Assembly (NCBI RefSeq): GCF_963921235.1 | Contig: NC_086120.1 | Span: forward strand, 8,494,001-8,558,000 | Direction: 5' to 3' | Length of the DNA: 64,000 nucleotides | Origin: Mobula hypostoma | Lineage: Eukaryota | Shown here: positions 24,526 through 36,988 of the stretch, in pieces | How positions within the stretch are numbered: the first letter of the stretch is position 1 | Layout: every line of letters starts with the position of its first letter | Notes under the pieces: model-generated | Told to the model about the DNA's origin: nothing | What the model saw: the letters and a program-made list of their open reading frames with translations, nothing else | The model's database searches: none | Translations under genes and position numbers: made by a program

Positions 24526-25025
24526 ACACCTTTCAAAACAGTGCTGGAGCTCATCACCAGCAATGCTGCGAAAAACAGCCTTGAGAACACAGATTCAATT
24601 TTAGAAAGCGTAACTTCATTCAAAATGCTGAACATTTTCACAGCAGCTAAACATTTCTGTAAACCAATAATCTACTCATCTATGTTCCTGGCTAACAACC
24701 ATGCAAGCCAAACAATCATATTGGTCAAAGCAGTTATCAGCTCTGCATTCATGATATATTCATCATTCATCAAGTTTTGAAGCCATCCATTCATTCCAAT
24801 GGTACATACAGGACCACAGTGGTCAATGCATTTGATGTCCCATCAACATACATCCACATACTTTTGGAAGAGTGTATCACTCGAAAGAATGAACTTTGAA
24901 CACAATTCAGACATGGCTGTGCACATTTTACTCTAGAAAGTTATTTTGCAACTTTTAAAATATGTCTTACGAGAACATGCTTTAATCTGAAGGCACTGCA
25001 GACAGCTCAGCTGAGTTCACATCCG
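24525..25025 (-). pseudogene. USP35: USP35-like processed pseudogene, copy 2
   Basis: LKHVLVRHILKVAK*LSRVKC..GTSNALTTVVLYVPLE*MDG / LQNLMNDEYIMNAELITALTNMIVWLAWLLARNIDE*IIGLQKCLAAVKMFSILNEVTLSKIESVFSRL. Confidence 0.8.
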
Positions 25026-25232
25026 GTCTTGAGGAATCAGGAGCCAACGATACTGGCGACTGGAGATTGTTCATAGCAGGTCACTTATTAAATCGGGCAT
25101 TCTTCCTGGAAACTCGGGTAGGCGTCTCAGAAACTCAGGAAGGCAACCCGGTATCTCACGGTCATTTATCTCGGCACAGGTTTGACCAACCTTGAATGCT
25201 GCCAGGGGACCAGTTAATCCAAGGATTATGAG

Positions 25233-25803
25233 TGTGAGGGGTTTCTTCTTTTATGTTACTGCGTAGGCTGATAAAAATGGCTTCTCTGTTATGTTAACTG
25301 CTTGGAAAGTTCTCTCGCTAGCAGATTGTTTGGGTTATAGAGAGTTGTATTCAGTTGCTAACCAATTGGTTATTCTTTTTTTTGTATGTCGATGAGCTAA
25401 TGTACGCGTGGGTTTTTGTGGAGAAAGCGGGACGCGGGATGGGGGAGAGAGGGAGTGGACGCGATGCTGTGAGCTGGCCGACGGGGCGGACTTCGAGCTG
25501 GAGTCCGAGGTCCAGGGTCTTCGGTGAGTAGAGGAGATGAAGACAGACTCGTGTGGAGCGTCTGGTCGACTACCGTGGTTGGTCTCAGTCAGCGGGTCTA
25601 GGAGTTCGGAGGGGATCGAATGGTGGAAGGTCGACCGCGTTACTAGAGCTTCAAACTGCTTGTGCACGAAGAGGTTGAACTTTGATAAGTTTGGCGCCTT
25701 TTACTTTCCTTTTGTATTGTATCTCTATTAATTACATAGTTCCAGTAATATCTATAAAGTGTAATTATTTAATCGTATATGGTGTATTGTCTGTTCGTGC
25801 ACA
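25233..25803 (+). mobile_element. Gypsy-type LTR, 3'-truncated
   Basis: Starts TGTGAGGGG; related to 25815-26235 (inverted) and to the LTRs at 58768 and 62481. Confidence 0.6.
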
Positions 25804-25814
25804 AACAGTTGGAG

Positions 25815-26235
25815 CTCAGGACCCTTCTTCTTCACCCTCCGACCCCACGGACCACCTCGACCGACCGCCTGGGACCAACAACGGTGGTCGACCAGACGCT
25901 CCACGCAAGTCCGTCTCCGCCTCCTCGCCGAACGCCCTCCTCGGGGTCCGATCCCGTTAGCGGACATCACAGCACCTGGTCCATCCTATGTCTCTCTCTC
26001 CCGCCTTCTGCCACAAAACCCCGCGCATACATTATCTTCAAATACACCAAAAGCGTATCCACTATCCCAATTGATTCGTAGCATATTCTTATCACACTGT
26101 AAACCAAAACAAGCTGCGAGCGCAAAAAAGTTTCTCAGCGTTTAACATAACAAAGAAGCATTCTCAAGTATAACATAATAAAGAAGCCATTATAATGAGC
26201 CTAAGCAGTAACATAAGAGACGAAACCCCCTTACA
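25815..26235 (-). mobile_element. Gypsy-type LTR fragment, inverted relative to its neighbour
   Basis: Reverse complement starts TGTAAGGGGG and shares ttatgttactgc, atggcttct and gtggagcgtctggtcgac with 25233-25803. Confidence 0.6.
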
Positions 26236-26239
26236 TAAG

Positions 26240-27060
26240 CAACGTATCTAACTCATATATTCCTTTCCTTCTCCTGGAGAGACAGGGTTCTTCCAAGCTG
26301 CATGGGTTGTTCCGCACATATAGCAAAATGTATGTTGGTTATTGGATTGAATGGTTCTGAGAACCGGCCTTCCGGGTGAAATCGGAATTATGGCTGTCAA
26401 ATCTTATGGTCAAGTCCATAACTTCCTCAATCCTCCACCTGTTTCCTTGTTGCAGGAAAGTCTTTGAAGTGGTCCTTTAATCACCCTGTGAACAGAGCAA
26501 TCAAAACATTTTTGTCCCACCTGCACTCTCCCACTAGACGAACGAAATGAATGCAATAGTCAGCCATTGATCACACTCCCTGATGCAGCTGTCGGAGTCT
26601 GCTAGCTGGCTGTGGGCCCCCAGCAGGAAGAAGGAATACTCTCCACCTCATTCTTAGAAATAGCTTAATATCACCCAACACAGGAGCGTCATTCTCCCAC
26701 AAAGTCGTTGCCCATGAAACAGTCCAGCCCGAGATGAGGGAAATTATAAAGGCTACTTTACTTCTCTGAGGAGAACATTGCGGTTTGCAGTTCAAAGACT
26801 TGGGACCGCTCACTTAAGAATCCGCCTTGAGACACAAGTTTCCATTGTACCCCTCCAGGTTCGGTAGGTTAATTGACTTTCCAGGATAGTTCTGGGAACA
26901 CGTTGCTGGATACATTGACGAATGTTCGAAACCAGAGACCTTCCGCAATGACGCAAGTGTTTACTGAACAAGCCGCTCGTGCAGTCCAGCTGCCTATCCG
27001 AGGCAGGCCAGTGCCGTGCGAAGTTAATCAATGTCCGCTATCCGGCGTTCCTCGCTAGCC
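26240..27060 (-). mobile_element. Degenerate sushi-type Gypsy gag fragment
   Basis: Similar to 36250-36800 (cggaattatgg(c/t)tgtcaa, gagtctgct(a/g)gctg). Confidence 0.55.
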
Positions 27061-27089
27061 GGCAGAATTCATCACAAAGACACGGGGAT

Positions 27090-27132
27090 ACACACACACA
27101 AACACACACACACACACACGCGCACACACACA

Positions 27133-27163
<31 letters not shown>
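27090..27163. repeat. (CA)n microsatellite
   Basis: Directly visible. Confidence 0.95.
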
Positions 27164-27166
<3 letters not shown>

Positions 27167-27299
27167 TACCTATTTCATTTGCATGTATTTAGAGAGACAG
27201 CGCAGAAAAAGCCCTTCCAGCTCCTCGAGCCGCACAGCCCAGCAGCCTTTGAATTAACCCTGATTTAGTCATGGGATAATTTACTCTGACCAATTAAGC

Positions 27300-28330
27300 T
27301 AAAAGCGGAATCAGAATTAGGTTTAATATCACCGGCATATGTCGGGAAAATTATTGGTTTTGTAGCAACAGTGCATTACACTATATTGACATAAAAGCTA
27401 CCAATTACAATGAGCTGAATAAATAAAAAGGAAATAAATTAAAAGTACTTCAAAAAGTAGGGGAGAGAGAAAGATACTGAGGAAGTGTTTATGGATTCGT
27501 TGTCCGTTTAGCAAGCTGGTAGCAAAGGGCTTTCAAAATTGAGGGTTTCTTCAGACTGTTGCCACCTCTTTAATAGTAACGTTGAGAAGGGGACATATAT
27601 TGAGTGACAGGGTTCCTTAATCACCGATGCCACCTTCTTGAGGCACTGTCTTTTGAAGCTGTTGTGATGCCGGGGAGTCTTGTGCCTATGATGAAGTTAG
27701 CAGTGTTTACAAATTTCTGTAGCTTTTTTCTGATCTTGTGCAAAGGCCCCTCCAAACCATACAGTAATGCAACCAGACGGAAAGCTCTCATCATTACATC
27801 TCTAGAAATTTGTGAGTGTGTTTGATGACATGCGAATTCTTCTCAAACTTCGGATGAATTATAGCCACTATCGTGCCTTCTTTAAAATTCCATCAATGTG
27901 ATGAGCCAAGGATAGATCCTCAGCGATGCTGACACACAGGAACTTCAAATTGCTCCAAACTTTCCACTTTTGATCTCCCGATGACGACTGGTTTGTGATC
28001 CCTCGACTTCCCCTCCGTGAAGTCCGCAATCAATTCCTTGATCCTACTGATACCGAATACAAGGTTGTTGATGCAATCCCACTCAACCAGCCAATCTCGC
28101 TCTGGTATGCTTTATCATAACGGTCTGAAATTCTGCCAACAATAGATGTGTCATCCACAAATTTATACCTGGCATTCAAGCTGTGCCTAGCCATACAGTA
28201 ATGGGTTTAGAGACAGTAGGGCAGTGGCTAAGAACTCATCCTTTAGGTGGACAAGTGTTGATTGTCAGTGAGGAGAAGATCCTATTTCTACTCTGCACAG
28301 ACAGTGGTCTCCTATTGAGAAAGCCAAGAA
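27300..28330 (-). mobile_element. L2-like LINE 3' fragment shared by blocks A and B
   Basis: gaatcagaatt tail then aggtttaatatcacc; homologous to 53400-54860. Confidence 0.55.
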
Positions 28331-30610
28331 GCTTACAACTTGATCTGGCATTGGGAAATGAACCTGGTTAGCTGTCAGATCTCTCAGTGGAAGAACATTT
28401 TGGAGATAGTGATCACAATTCTATCTCCTTTACCAGAGCATTGGAGCGGGATAAGAACAAACAAGTTTGGAAAGCATTTAATTGGAGTAAGAGGAAATAT
28501 GCAGCTATTAGACAGGAACTTGGAAGCATAAAATGAGAACGGATGTTCTCAGGAAAATGTACTGCAGAAATGTGGCAAATGCTTAGGGGATACTTGCGTG
28601 GAGTTTTGCCTAGGTACATTCCAATGAGAGGCGGAAAGAATGGTAGGGTACAGGAATCATGGTGTACAAAGGTTGTTGTAAAACTAGTCAAGAGGAAAAG
28701 AAAAGCTTATGAATGGTTAAAATAACTAGGTAATGATAGAGATCTTGACCATTATAAGGCTAGCAGGAAGGAGCTTAAGAATGAAATTAGGAGAACCACA
28801 AGGGGACATGAGAAGGCTTTGGTGGACAGAACTAAGGAAAACCCCATTGCATTCTACAATTATGTGAGAGCAAGAGGATTAACTGTGAGGGAATAGGTCC
28901 AATCAATTATGACAATGGAGAAGTGTGTATGGAACCGGATGAGATAGCAGAGGTACTCTATGAATACTTTGCTTCAGTATTCACTACAGAAAAGGATCTT
29001 GGCCATTGTAGAGATGACTTACAGCGAACTGAAAAGCTTGAGCATGTAGATATTGAGGAAGAGGATGTCCTGGAGATTTGGAAAGCATCCAGTTGGATAA
29101 GTAACCGAGACTGGACGAGATGCACCCCAGCCTACTGTGGGAGGCGAGGGAAGATATTGTTAAGCCTCTGCCGATGATCTTTGCATCATCAATTGGGACG
29201 GGACATCTTCCTGATGACTGAAGAGTTATGGATTTTTTTCTCTTATTCAAGAAACGGAGTCGGGATTGCCAAGGAAATTACAGACCTGTGAATGTTGTTT
29301 CAGTATGTTGGTCAGTTGATGGAAAATATCGTGAGAGGATGGATTTATGAACATTTGGAGAGGCATAATATGATTAGCAATAGTCACCATGGCTTTGCCA
29401 AAGGCAGGTCGTGCCTTACAAGCCTGAATGATTTTTTTGAAGATGTGACTAAACACATTGATGAAGATAGAGCAGTAGATATAGTGTATATGTATTTCAG
29501 CAAGGCATTTGGTAAGGTATCCCATGCAACACTTATTAAGAAAGTATGGAGGCATGGGTTCCAAGGCGACGTTGATTTGTGGATCCAGAATTGGCTTGCC
29601 CACAGAAGGCAAAGTTTGGTTGTAGACGGGTCATATTCTCCATGCAGGTCGTTGAACTGTGGTGTGCGTCAGGGACCTATTCTGGGACCCTTACTCTTCG
29701 TGACTTTTATAAATGACCTGGGTCTGTAAATGCAGGGATGGGTTAGTGAATTTGCTGATTACACAAAGTTTGATGGTGTTTTGGATAGTGTGGAGGGCTG
29801 TAGAGGTTACAGCGGGACATCGATAGGATACAAAGCTGGGATGAGAAGTGGCAGATGGAGTTCATCCCAAATAACTGTCAGGTGGTTCATCATGGGAGAT
29901 CAAATATGATGACACAATATAGTATTGATTGTAAGCTCTTGCCAGTGTGGAGGATCAGAGGGATCTTGGGGTCCAAGTCCATAAGACCCTCAAAGCTGCT
30001 ACGCAGGTTGACTTTGTGGTTAAGAAGGCATTCACTTTAATCAATCATAGAATTGAGATTAGGAGATAAGAGGAAATGTTGCAGCTATAGAGGATTCTGG
30101 TCGGACCCCACTTAGAGTACTGTGCTGACTTCTGGTCGCCTCACTACAGGAAGACTGTGGAAACCATAGAGAAGCTGCAATGGAAATTTACAATGCGATT
30201 GCCTGGATTGGGGAGCATGCCTTATAAGAACAGGGTGAGTGAACTCCGGCTTTTCTCCTTGGATCGATGGAAGATGAGAGGTGACCTGATAGGGGTGTAT
30301 AAGATGATGAGAGGCATTGATTGTGTGGCTAACACAACAGGACACAGTTTTAACGTGTTTGGAAGTAAGTACAGCGGAGATGTTGGGGGTAAGTTTTTTT
30401 GTGCAGAGAGTGTTGAGTGCGTGGAATGGTCTGCTGGTGATGGTGGTGGAGGCAGCTACGAAAAGGTCTTCTAAGAGACTCCTGCATAGGTACATGGAGC
30501 CTGGAAAAAATAGCGGGCTATGGGTGACCCAAGGTAATTTCTCAAGTAAGGACATGTTCGGCATTGCTTTGTGCGCCAAAGGAGCTTTATTGTTCTGTCG
30601 ACATTCTACT
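28330..30610 (+). mobile_element. CR1 LINE, disrupted, present only in block A
   Basis: HHGFAKGRSCLTSLNDFFEDVT, VYMYFSKAFGKVSH, GVRQGPILGPLLFVTFINDL. Confidence 0.9.
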
Positions 30611-31687
30611 TTCTAATCTAGTTGCAGAGTGAAGTGAGGAGGCCCAGGATGTGGAGCTGATTTATTAGAACCTGTACACCTTTAGACTGGATGGAAATTG
30701 GAGGAACCTGAAGGCGATTGAATGTTCAGTGATATCTAGCAGCTTTTTGCTCGCTGTTGCTAGAGAGGGTGTCTGCATGTGACGGTCTCTCATCGCTGCT
30801 CCCAAGGGAAGGACGATGTGTTCGAATGGACTCTCTCCTCTGAACTGTGGGAGGATAATATCGATGTTCTGGGTGGGTGATTAATGGATTATGCTGTAGT
30901 TCAACTGGACTCTTCCACTTTTGTGTGTTATATTCTGTGTTTTTGTCTATTCTTTTTGTTGCAGTTTACACTATTTCTTTTGGTTTAATTTGCATGTGGT
31001 AACGCTGGTGTAGTGGGGAGTTGTTGTTCTTGCTGCCAAATGCCTAATTTACATTTGCACATTTTACATGATTTGTTTCTCTTTTGGGGAGGTTTGTTGT
31101 TCTTGGTGCTCTTTGGGCAATTGGCTGCCTGATGTTTGCATGATTTGTTTATTTTTTGTACATGGGGAGGGGAGCTGTTCTTCTCTGAATGGCCTGTATG
31201 GTTTTCTTTGTTTCATGGCTGTCTGGAGAAGATGAGTCACAAAGTAGTATATTGCATACATACTTCGATAATAAATGTACCATGATCCTTGAAACGAATT
31301 CCATTGGGAGGAAGACAGACTCTTTCCAGATGACATCGCAATGGAACTCTGACATTCAATGCCACAAGCTGTAATAGCTTTCAAATCACCACTACACTAA
31401 TTTACCTCTCCGTTTGTCCACATTCCCTTCCCACTACTGCTGTACACGGGTAATATATCCTCCTCCTTCTCAGTTATGATATTTCTTCTCTGTACAACAG
31501 AAAAACTATATACAAATTTTGCCTCCACGTGTGCTGTCTGCATTGCTTTGTTCATCCAGTATTGCTTTTTTTCACTACCATTGAATAATGATTTTTTTGT
31601 GTGTGTTCACGCTGACAAATGGCAAACACACCATTGTTTTCACAAATCTATATTTTGCAACTCCATTATTCATTTTCTCTTTCTTAC

Positions 31688-32510
31688 CTTTAATGGGCTT
31701 AAACCCTGTGTTCAGATCCATAGATTTTGGCATGCTGGTTAACTTTATGCGTCTCAACTGCTAGATGTACACAGACCGGTCACCTCAGGATTCCAGGAAT
31801 TTTTTAGATATGACAAGTCCTGCTCATATACTCTTCTATATTTCAAATTGAATCAGGGTCAGCAGCTTTGTTTTGATTGTACTGCTGGAGTGATGGTACG
31901 CTCTGTAACAAGGATACAAATTGAGGTTGAATTAAAAGGTGCTTCTATTGATATCCAATACTTCATGCGCTGTTTCTGAGATCTATTTTGCAACTATATA
32001 ATTTTGTATGCTCTTGCTGCAACAGAACAAACTAAAGGGAATCCTTGACGTTAATTTATGACTTTGTCCACATATGTTGCCACCCATTTACTCTCTTGAA
32101 GAAATGTATTTGTGGATTGGCTAATCTGAGGAGAGTTAAGATCTGATTCCATGTGTATTTCTAATGTCTTGCTTGGTAACTATGACGTTCAGGGCTCAGT
32201 CAACTGAGAAGTGTTGTTACTGATTCAATTCTGCTGATGGACTTTTAACACCCCACCTAAAGAACATTCTTTGCTCTTCCTCTGCTCTGTGCTGCTTTTA
32301 CCTTGCATTCAGTATGACAGAATTGTTTTTCATCTTTGAAACTGTACCTTAGATTGATAATTGAAGGTTTCCTTGTCTACATCCAACATCCCATGAAATT
32401 TCCTGAAAGCAAGGCTTTAAACATTTGACAGTTCCTATTAAACACACAACCCCATATTCTGCCTAAGCGGACCCAATTATTTAACCTGTATCTCAATCGA
32501 GGCTGCAGCA
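31688..32510 (-). pseudogene. Cluster of exon-like segments of an unidentified gene (block A)
   Basis: 25 nt (32486-32510), 101 nt (32302-32402) and 70 nt (31688-31757) segments bounded by AG..GT; same lengths in block B. Confidence 0.35.
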
Positions 32511-35500
32511 CTGATAGAAAAGACTATTCTTTCAAGTGGTAATGAAAGAATCTTGGATGTGATTATTTATGACAATGTTGGATGGTTAGTTCATTAATCT
32601 AAAAATCTCTGTAATACCAGAACAATGCACTAAAACAGGTCCTTTGTCACAGAAATCTGTGCTGAATATCATACCAAATGAAACTAAATCTTTCCTTCTT
32701 GTATGATCCATATCCTTTCACTCTTGCATAATATTTTCCATCTAAAAACTTCTTTCAAATCTACATCCTTCACTGCACTTGGCAGCTCATTCTGGTCACC
32801 TACTCCTGTAAAAAAAAAGTTTCCCCCTTTTATATCTATTAAACTTTATTCCTCTCACCTTCAATGCGTGTCCTCTAGTAGTTAATATTTCTACCCTGGG
32901 AAATGTACTGAATTTTGACCCTATTTGTTGTGTATTTAATATTTCACTGATATTTGAGTCATTCTGTAAATATGTTGTTGATTAGGCATTCTTTAAGCAT
33001 TAAACATTAAACATACCATCATGGTTCATCCTTAAGAATAGACTCTAGCATCTTGCCAACCACTGAAGTCAGACTAACTGGCTATAATTTCCCGTCTTTT
33101 ATATTCCACTCATCTTAAATTGTTGTCTGACATTTGCAATTTTCAGTACTGTACTCCATTACCATTACAGAATCTACTTAACCTGGAAAGATAACTACTA
33201 AATCATCCACAATCTTATCAGCTATCTCTTTCAGAACCCTGGGGTGTAGTCCATCCGCTCTGGTTGGCTTGTCTCAATCCAGGTAGCTTATCTAAATTCA
33301 GCATTTCGTGTTTCTGATGAAAGGAGCACCGGTTATATCATAATTCGTGTACCCCAAATACCACTTTGTATTCCTCTTACCATCTGCAAAGCTGCAAATC
33401 AGCCACTCTCTAGTTTTATTCAAGTCATTTTCTGTACATCATAAAAAGCAGAGTGCCCAGCACTGAATCACATGGATCGCCATCTGACGATTACAAACAA
33501 GCACATGCTTTCCCAAATCTGACAAAATCAAATCCCTGTTTCCTCTCCAATAGTTTTACCAGCTTGAAGGAGGAGCCCTACTTCTTCATTCCTTTTACTG
33601 AATTTAGTACTCTGATGTGTAGGTCATTTTGTAAGGGAAAGTAAAGTCTGAATACACTGCAGTTTTGAAGACTGAGAGTGAATTTATCGCACCTTTAGTT
33701 CTAAATAGTTCTCAGCAGTCTGGCTTTGTCAAGGTGTTGGTCTTTAAAAATCAGGAGCTGCCTACTTAGGACAGCTGTGAAACTAATTGCGTTTCTCTCT
33801 CAGAGAGCCATGAAGCTTTCGAACTCCTTTTCTCCAAGTGGATGTGGAAGTAGAATCAATTGATATTTTTATGTCAGGATGAAGGTGAAAGGTTACCTGA
33901 AACATGGAGTGATAAGACATGAAGATCATCCATATTGTTATTGAATGGTGGAGCAGATTCAAAGGACTGGGCGTTCTATTTATCTCCTAAATCAATGATC
34001 ATGAAGAAATCCACCTACTTCCATTCATGACACATCACTGACCAATAGATCTCACCTAACTAATCAATAGTGGACCTCACTTCAAAATAGGTCCACACAG
34101 CAAGCCTTTGGACCATTTTGTCCCAATTTGTTCAGTTGGCAGTTAAGTCCCAGCTCAGATCTGATTGGCTGGAGCCCGTAGAATCCATCTCCTCATCATA
34201 ACGAAGTGATTCAGATTACTCTATGTTCAGTGGAATTGTCAGTATCTCTGTGGATGTTTGAATACCTGCAAAACCGACTCCAGGTGAAGTAGCATCCTCG
34301 CCAGCAGAAAGAGTTTTCCTTTCTGAGTGCTCTGTTATTCACCATATTGAGTCATACCCACGTTCGATTTCTCACAGCATCCTGAGGTTCTTGGAAGAAA
34401 AAAAAATCACCAAAATACCACAATGCAATCAGAAAAGTCTTACACCTTCCTCTTCTCAGTCAGTGACATCTCAGTGCCCTCTTCAGGACGAAATATTTAT
34501 CATTTGTAGTAGTTTTACACTGAAAACTGTAACCATATATTACAGCATAGATTGTGGAAATGCTATTTTGCAAAACACATAATGAGGCTATTCAGCCCAG
34601 TAGGTCCATGTAAGTTCCCGCCAGTTCCAGTCTCCTGACACATGCCACCCAGCACACTTTGATTCTCTTCTTTCTTTATCGCACGAAGGGGAAACGTACA
34701 GTCGGGTATATGCACATTGCATGGAAAATAGACATCACTGAGAAACTCAAGTAGTCACAGAGATAGCATTCAAATTTCACATGGACAAGATCAGGATCAA
34801 ATCCAGGTCAATGTAGCTGTGAGATATCAGCACTGCTAGACATGCCTCACATGCTACCTGACCATCCTTTTGCTTATCCACCCAATGCATGGCCCACTGC
34901 TTCTGTAGAAAGTAGATGGGCATAAGGAGGGACCTAGGCAGTCCTGGGATGGGTGAGTTCTGATTTACTCTGCTCCATTTAGCCAAAAGCAGCTGCGTTC
35001 CAAACCAGCGGAATTGTGGGATAACAACTGGAGAGTCAGTGGGGGAGACAAACGACAGCCAATTATTTCTACCACATTCTTTAGCAAAATGCTGAAAGAT
35101 AGACTTCACAGCTGATTACAATATTGAAAATTGCAGGTACTGAAATCAAGCATGGTTACTGCTTTGAGCCTGGCTGGCATCATCATGGCTGAGAAGTATC
35201 TATGTGAAATGAGGTGCCAGAGGAAGTGGTTGAGATATGTACAATGGTAAGTTTTAAAAGATATCTTTTACAGGTACATTTATTGAAAATGTTTAGAATG
35301 TTACGGGCCAAACAATGACAAATAGGACTCAATGGAGAATTGGATGGAGATCTTGATTGATATGGATCAGTTCAGACAAAGTGGCTCCTACTGTGTAAAC
35401 TAACTCTATGAACTTTATGAAATCAGGATACGCCGCCTCCTATATTTTGATATTTCTAATTGCCTCGATAAATGCAATTTTTCTATTATTGGTCTTACCA

Positions 35501-35619
35501 CGTACACAGCATGGCTACAAAAGCAGATCGGAGTTTGAAATCTCTGTAACGAGTAACTCACTTCCCAGCTCACCAAATCCTGTCCACCGCCTACAAAGTT
35601 CGAGTCAGTAGTGCTGGAT

Positions 35620-35750
35620 GAGTATGTCTTTGATGGGACATCAAATGTATGGGCCTCTGTGGTTCAGTATATTCAATTGAAAAACATGGATGGGGTCAAG
35701 ATTTGCTGAATGATGATTGTATTTTGAATATACAGGTGACAACTGTTGCC
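35620..35750 (+). pseudogene. USP35: USP35-like fragment, copy 3 (opposite strand)
   Basis: GTSNVWASVVQYIQLKNMDGV / QDLLNDDCILNIQVTTV versus USP35 PSSALASVVQHLPLELMDGVVRNLSNDDSV; DNA matches the reverse complement of 24730-24860. Confidence 0.7.
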
Positions 35751-35759
35751 TTTCAATGT

Positions 35760-36830
35760 GCAACTTGAGTGAAACGGAAAGATAAAGGAATTGTCCAGGT
35801 TCCAACGAAACTCCATCACACAGCTGTAGCAGAGATCGGCTGGTATTACCGTACCTTAAGAATTTGGATTTATCTCTGACAGTCCTATGTCCAAAAACAT
35901 TCCCGCCGTACCAGAGGTTGTCAAGGCTCTCACAGGATATTGATGTCTCCCCCAAAATTATAGCAATGATAAACCACTCTGGGACTCGACGAAACAGGAA
36001 ACGGACTTGAGAGTGTCGCATTCACTGGTCCGACCCGGACGTTTACCAGACAACTCTGGGCAGGTAGCTCAGACGTGGACAGCCTTACCACAGTATAAGC
36101 AGCATCTCTACGTCGTACATCCCGCTCGCTCTGCTGAGGAAAACCGGGTTTTTTCTAAGTTGCATCTGTTTTTTTTTCCGGACGGGACTGCGAGGATCTG
36201 CTTTGGATATCGGATTGATGCGATAGATAAGTAGGCGATAGTCTGAGAACCGGTCTTCCCGGTGACATCGGAATTATGGTTGTCAATTCTAATGGCGATA
36301 TCCATAAATTCCTCCAAATCATCCACCTGGTCTCCCGTTGCCAAAACGTCTTCAAATTGGCCACGCAATCCCTGTCAAAACTGATCCATGAAATTTTCAT
36401 TTTCCCACCGGCTCTCTGCCACTAGGGTACGGAAAGCAATGGAATAGTCGGCCATAGATCGCACTGCCTGATGCATCTGGAGGAGTCTGCTGGCTGACTC
36501 TGCACCCCAGGAAGGATGAAATTATACCCTCATCGTTCTCGGAAACAGCGTTATATCAGAATACCCGGGAGCGTACTTGTCGTATGAAGCCGCTGCCCAT
36601 AAAAGGGCCCAGCCCAGGAACAGGGAAATTATATGGGCCACCTTACTCCTCTCCGAGGAGAACCTTGCGGTTGTAATTCAAAGATTCGGGAGCATTGACA
36701 TAAAAGTCATCGACAAGACTCCGCGGGCTGTTCCGTGAATGGTAGATTAATTGACTCTGCCCGGTAGTTCGGCGAACTCCGTGATCGGAGGCCCGATCAT
36801 TGAGTATGTTTAAGGAGGAGATTGATAGGT
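35760..36830 (-). mobile_element. Sushi-type Gypsy gag-protease fragment
   Basis: SMADYSIAFRTLVAESRWENE..GLRGQFEDVLAT..LEEFMDIAIRIDN; degenerate protease VRALTTSGTAGMFLD. Confidence 0.8.
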
Positions 36831-36988
36831 ATCTAATTAGTCAGGGTATCGAGGGATATGGGGAAAAGCTGGAAATAAGAACTAGATGGGAGAACAGTTT
36901 AGCTCATGGTGGAGTGCCGGAGTAGACTCGTTGGGCGAATGTCTTGTGATATTGTGAACACCTAGCAGGACACATTGGCGAATGCTGG

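Larger units (their letters stand above)
27090..35610. repeat. Segmental duplication block A
   Basis: Collinear with 51612-57632 from the shared (CA)n through shared L2 fragments and unique sequence; 34200-35200 also matches 15195-17500. Confidence 0.85.

Noticed and set aside
27177-27184. ATTTGCAT octamers here and at 53292-53299 as further Ig promoters
   Set aside because: The first is followed by ATG-GGA-TAA and an L2 fragment; the second is part of the Tc1 terminal repeat; no leader or V follows either.
32302-32510. TRIM-like exon sizes (25 and 101 nt versus 23 and 101 in TRIM5)
   Set aside because: The peptides do not resemble TRIM linker sequence, and no RING, B-box or B30.2 exon is present.
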